Below are positions 61,585 to 64,000 of a stretch of 64,000 nucleotides of DNA, piece after piece. Each line of letters starts with the position of its first letter. Within the stretch, counting starts at the first letter, position 1. The translations under genes and the position numbers were made by a program. This DNA is from Octopus sinensis (lineage: Eukaryota), in assembly GCF_006345805.1 (NCBI RefSeq), contig NC_043012.1:32116001-32180000 (forward strand), written 5' to 3'. The notes beneath the pieces were generated by a model. It was not told the origin of the DNA. It saw only the letters and a program-made list of their open reading frames with translations, and did not search any database.

Positions 61585-61870
61585 AGGTGCATGGCTCAGT
61601 GATTAGAGCATCATGCTTACCAGTTGTTTCATTCCCAGATCAGGCTGTGTTCTTGAGCTAGACACTTTATTTTGTGTTGCTCCAATTCACTCAACTGTAG
61701 AATAGTTGTGATGTCAATAGTGCTAAGCTGTATTGGCCTTTCCCTTGGACAACATTGGTGGCATGGAGAGGGGAGACTGGTATGCTGGTCATCCGCAAAC
61801 AGCCTTGCCTGGAGGGGAACTTTCTTGGTGCAATCTTACGGTCATTTGTGACCAAAGTGTGGTGGGTCTT
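61585..61870 (+). mobile_element. SINE family F
   Basis: Colinear with 10093-10893 minus the insert. Confidence 0.72.
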
Positions 61871-62201
61871 TATTAGGACCTATATTCAATAAAACCTTTA
61901 AGGTAGAAGGCTGTGATTGTGAGAGAACTAGCTGCTATTTCATCAAGTTGAACAACCTGGTGTCAGTGCTTTGTTAAACGAGATTTACATAGGAACAATT
62001 CTCTTCTTCCTTCCGTATGTCTTACACTTTCAGTTTCGTATCTTCAGACTACATACTCAAAGTAACAGGTTACACAATTTAGGGTCACCTTTAGAGATGA
62101 GTTTTGACTTCTGAAGTTAATGAAAGGAAGCTTTTTACTTATTCATTTATTTTTTTTACCTCAGTCACACTTATATACATATTATTAGATGTGAATTTTA
62201 A

Positions 62202-62410
62202 TCCTTTCATTACTGTATTTATTTTGAGATGCTCTGTGTGTCTTCCAATTATTTTAAATATAACGAAGAATTTAGTAAAATAACATGGTTATCATTAAGC
62301 TAATGTTAGGAACATAGATTTGGTGGAAGATTTGAATTCAAAACTTATGAAAACAAGACATTTATACTAAAGAGCTAGAGCCAGTTTCAGTTGAGTTGGT
62401 AACAAAAGGG
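62202..62410. mobile_element. piggyBac MITE (same family as 20598-20818)
   Basis: TTAA flanks, GTAACAAAAGGG right end, body similar to 20598-20818. Confidence 0.75.
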
Positions 62411-62959
62411 TTAATCCTTTTAGCAAAACTATCACTAAACACTGATACAGTTAGCCAAGCCTACAAACCATTTTAGTTGTTCACCTTAGGCTTCTAGTGA
62501 CCTCAACGACAACATGAATCTGCTCCATTTTCTGACTCTGTAAAGCTTTTGCCTTGTTTAAGGAATCAATAATTGCATTATATTGAACTCGTCACTTTGG
62601 CCATAACTGGCACAACTCAAACACATAAAAATAAAAGATCGAATCAATCAATTTTGTTAAAATTGTGTCATGAAATTTAGTAAACTGCAGCGGCTGTAAG
62701 TCTTCATTGCCTAACAACTAATCACCTAAAATTTACATCTCTTATGTTCTGTCTTTCAGAAGGTGCACTACAATGTTTATTTCAGTCTACCTGGTTGACA
62801 ATAGGCATCATTCCTGCTGCAAAGCTCGTGTGTAGTTAACAGGGAAAAAACATCTGTCGAAATATAAATCTGCTACAGTAGTGTGTGAATGTGTAGGCTT
62901 ACACGTGTTCATTCACATTATGTAGAAACGTGGTAAGGAATATTTGAAGGTGTGACACC

Positions 62960-63326
62960 AGTGCAGAATCACCTCCCTCCGACAAGTCATCCTAACGAGA
63001 CATCTGCGATGGCTGGGTCATGCCCTCCGTTGTCAACCAAGAGAATTCATCTATGAAGCAATTGCCCCAGCTCCCCTTCAGGGTTGGCGAAAGCAATGTG
63101 ATGGACAACAAAAAACCTGGCTGATGACAGTCAAGGCTGATCTGGAATCCAACCTAGGCCCCCATATCTACGGCGTTCACTGCTGGAATAAGGAGTGGTT
63201 GGGGATCACACGGTCGTTAGCCTCAAATCGCCAGGTCTGGTCAGCATTTGTGAGAGACGCAGCATTGAGGATGAATGAAGCCAGCTCAACCCACCCCGGG
63301 TGAATGCTGTCTCAAGTCAAGTCAAG
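62960..63326 (+). mobile_element. RTE-type LINE 3' fragment with (CAAGT)n tail
   Basis: RHLRWLGHALRCQPREFIYEAIAP...; same family as 51802-52085. Confidence 0.8.
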
Positions 63327-63579
63327 AAACATGGTGTAGATTTAGAGTACATACACACATTTTCCCATGCTAGCATGGGTTGGACTTGATAATAACTTAC
63401 AGGAACCAAGCTTGAGTTTGGTGGTCTTTCTCACACTGAACTTATTTATGTGTGTTTATGTATGTAATTAAGAGTAGCTGTCAAGAACTATTCCAATGGA
63501 GACTAAACAGAAGTGGTGTAGAGGAGTGGGGGAAGTCTTTATTGTGGGGAGGTACAATAAAATATACACATTGCAGTTT

Positions 63580-63929
<350 letters not shown>

Positions 63930-64000
63930 TTTGGCGTTAGGAAGGGCATCCAGCCGTAGAAACACTGCCAGATTTGACTGGGCCTGATGAAGCCTTCTGG

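Noticed and set aside
62761-62931. Plus-strand exon-like segment (tctttcag ... GTG|GTAAGG)
   Set aside because: Stops in all frames and no partner exons identified; could be non-coding but is unsupported.

Overview
AT-rich, repeat-dense animal genomic DNA, most likely Octopus. That assignment is an inference from the SINE, RTE and MITE families and (TA)n content. One complete protein-coding gene can be assembled from the sequence: CNOT11 (CCR4-NOT subunit 11), + strand, 12 GT-AG coding exons from 2184 to 28094, 1365 nt, 454 aa. The rest is mostly transposable elements. Retroelements: RTE-clade LINEs (a near-full-length copy with endonuclease and RT at 36.7-40.6 kb, a 5'-truncated copy, and many 3'-end fragments) and several tRNA-derived SINE families. 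DNA elements: a 9.5 kb decayed hAT element hosting nested insertions, Tc1, mariner and maT relics, piggyBac- and Merlin-like MITEs, and a non-autonomous Helitron family. The most interesting observations are two hammerhead-ribozyme-like motifs in Penelope-like segments (41.8 kb and 16.3 kb), a C4HC3 PHD-type finger inside the RTE reverse transcriptase, variable tandem arrays in the RTE 3' UTR, a possible spliced or alternatively polyadenylated CNOT11 3' UTR, and inverted repeat pairs flanking CNOT11 exons. No computation or database search was run. Exon, TIR and TSD coordinates were read base by base; other repeat boundaries are approximate.
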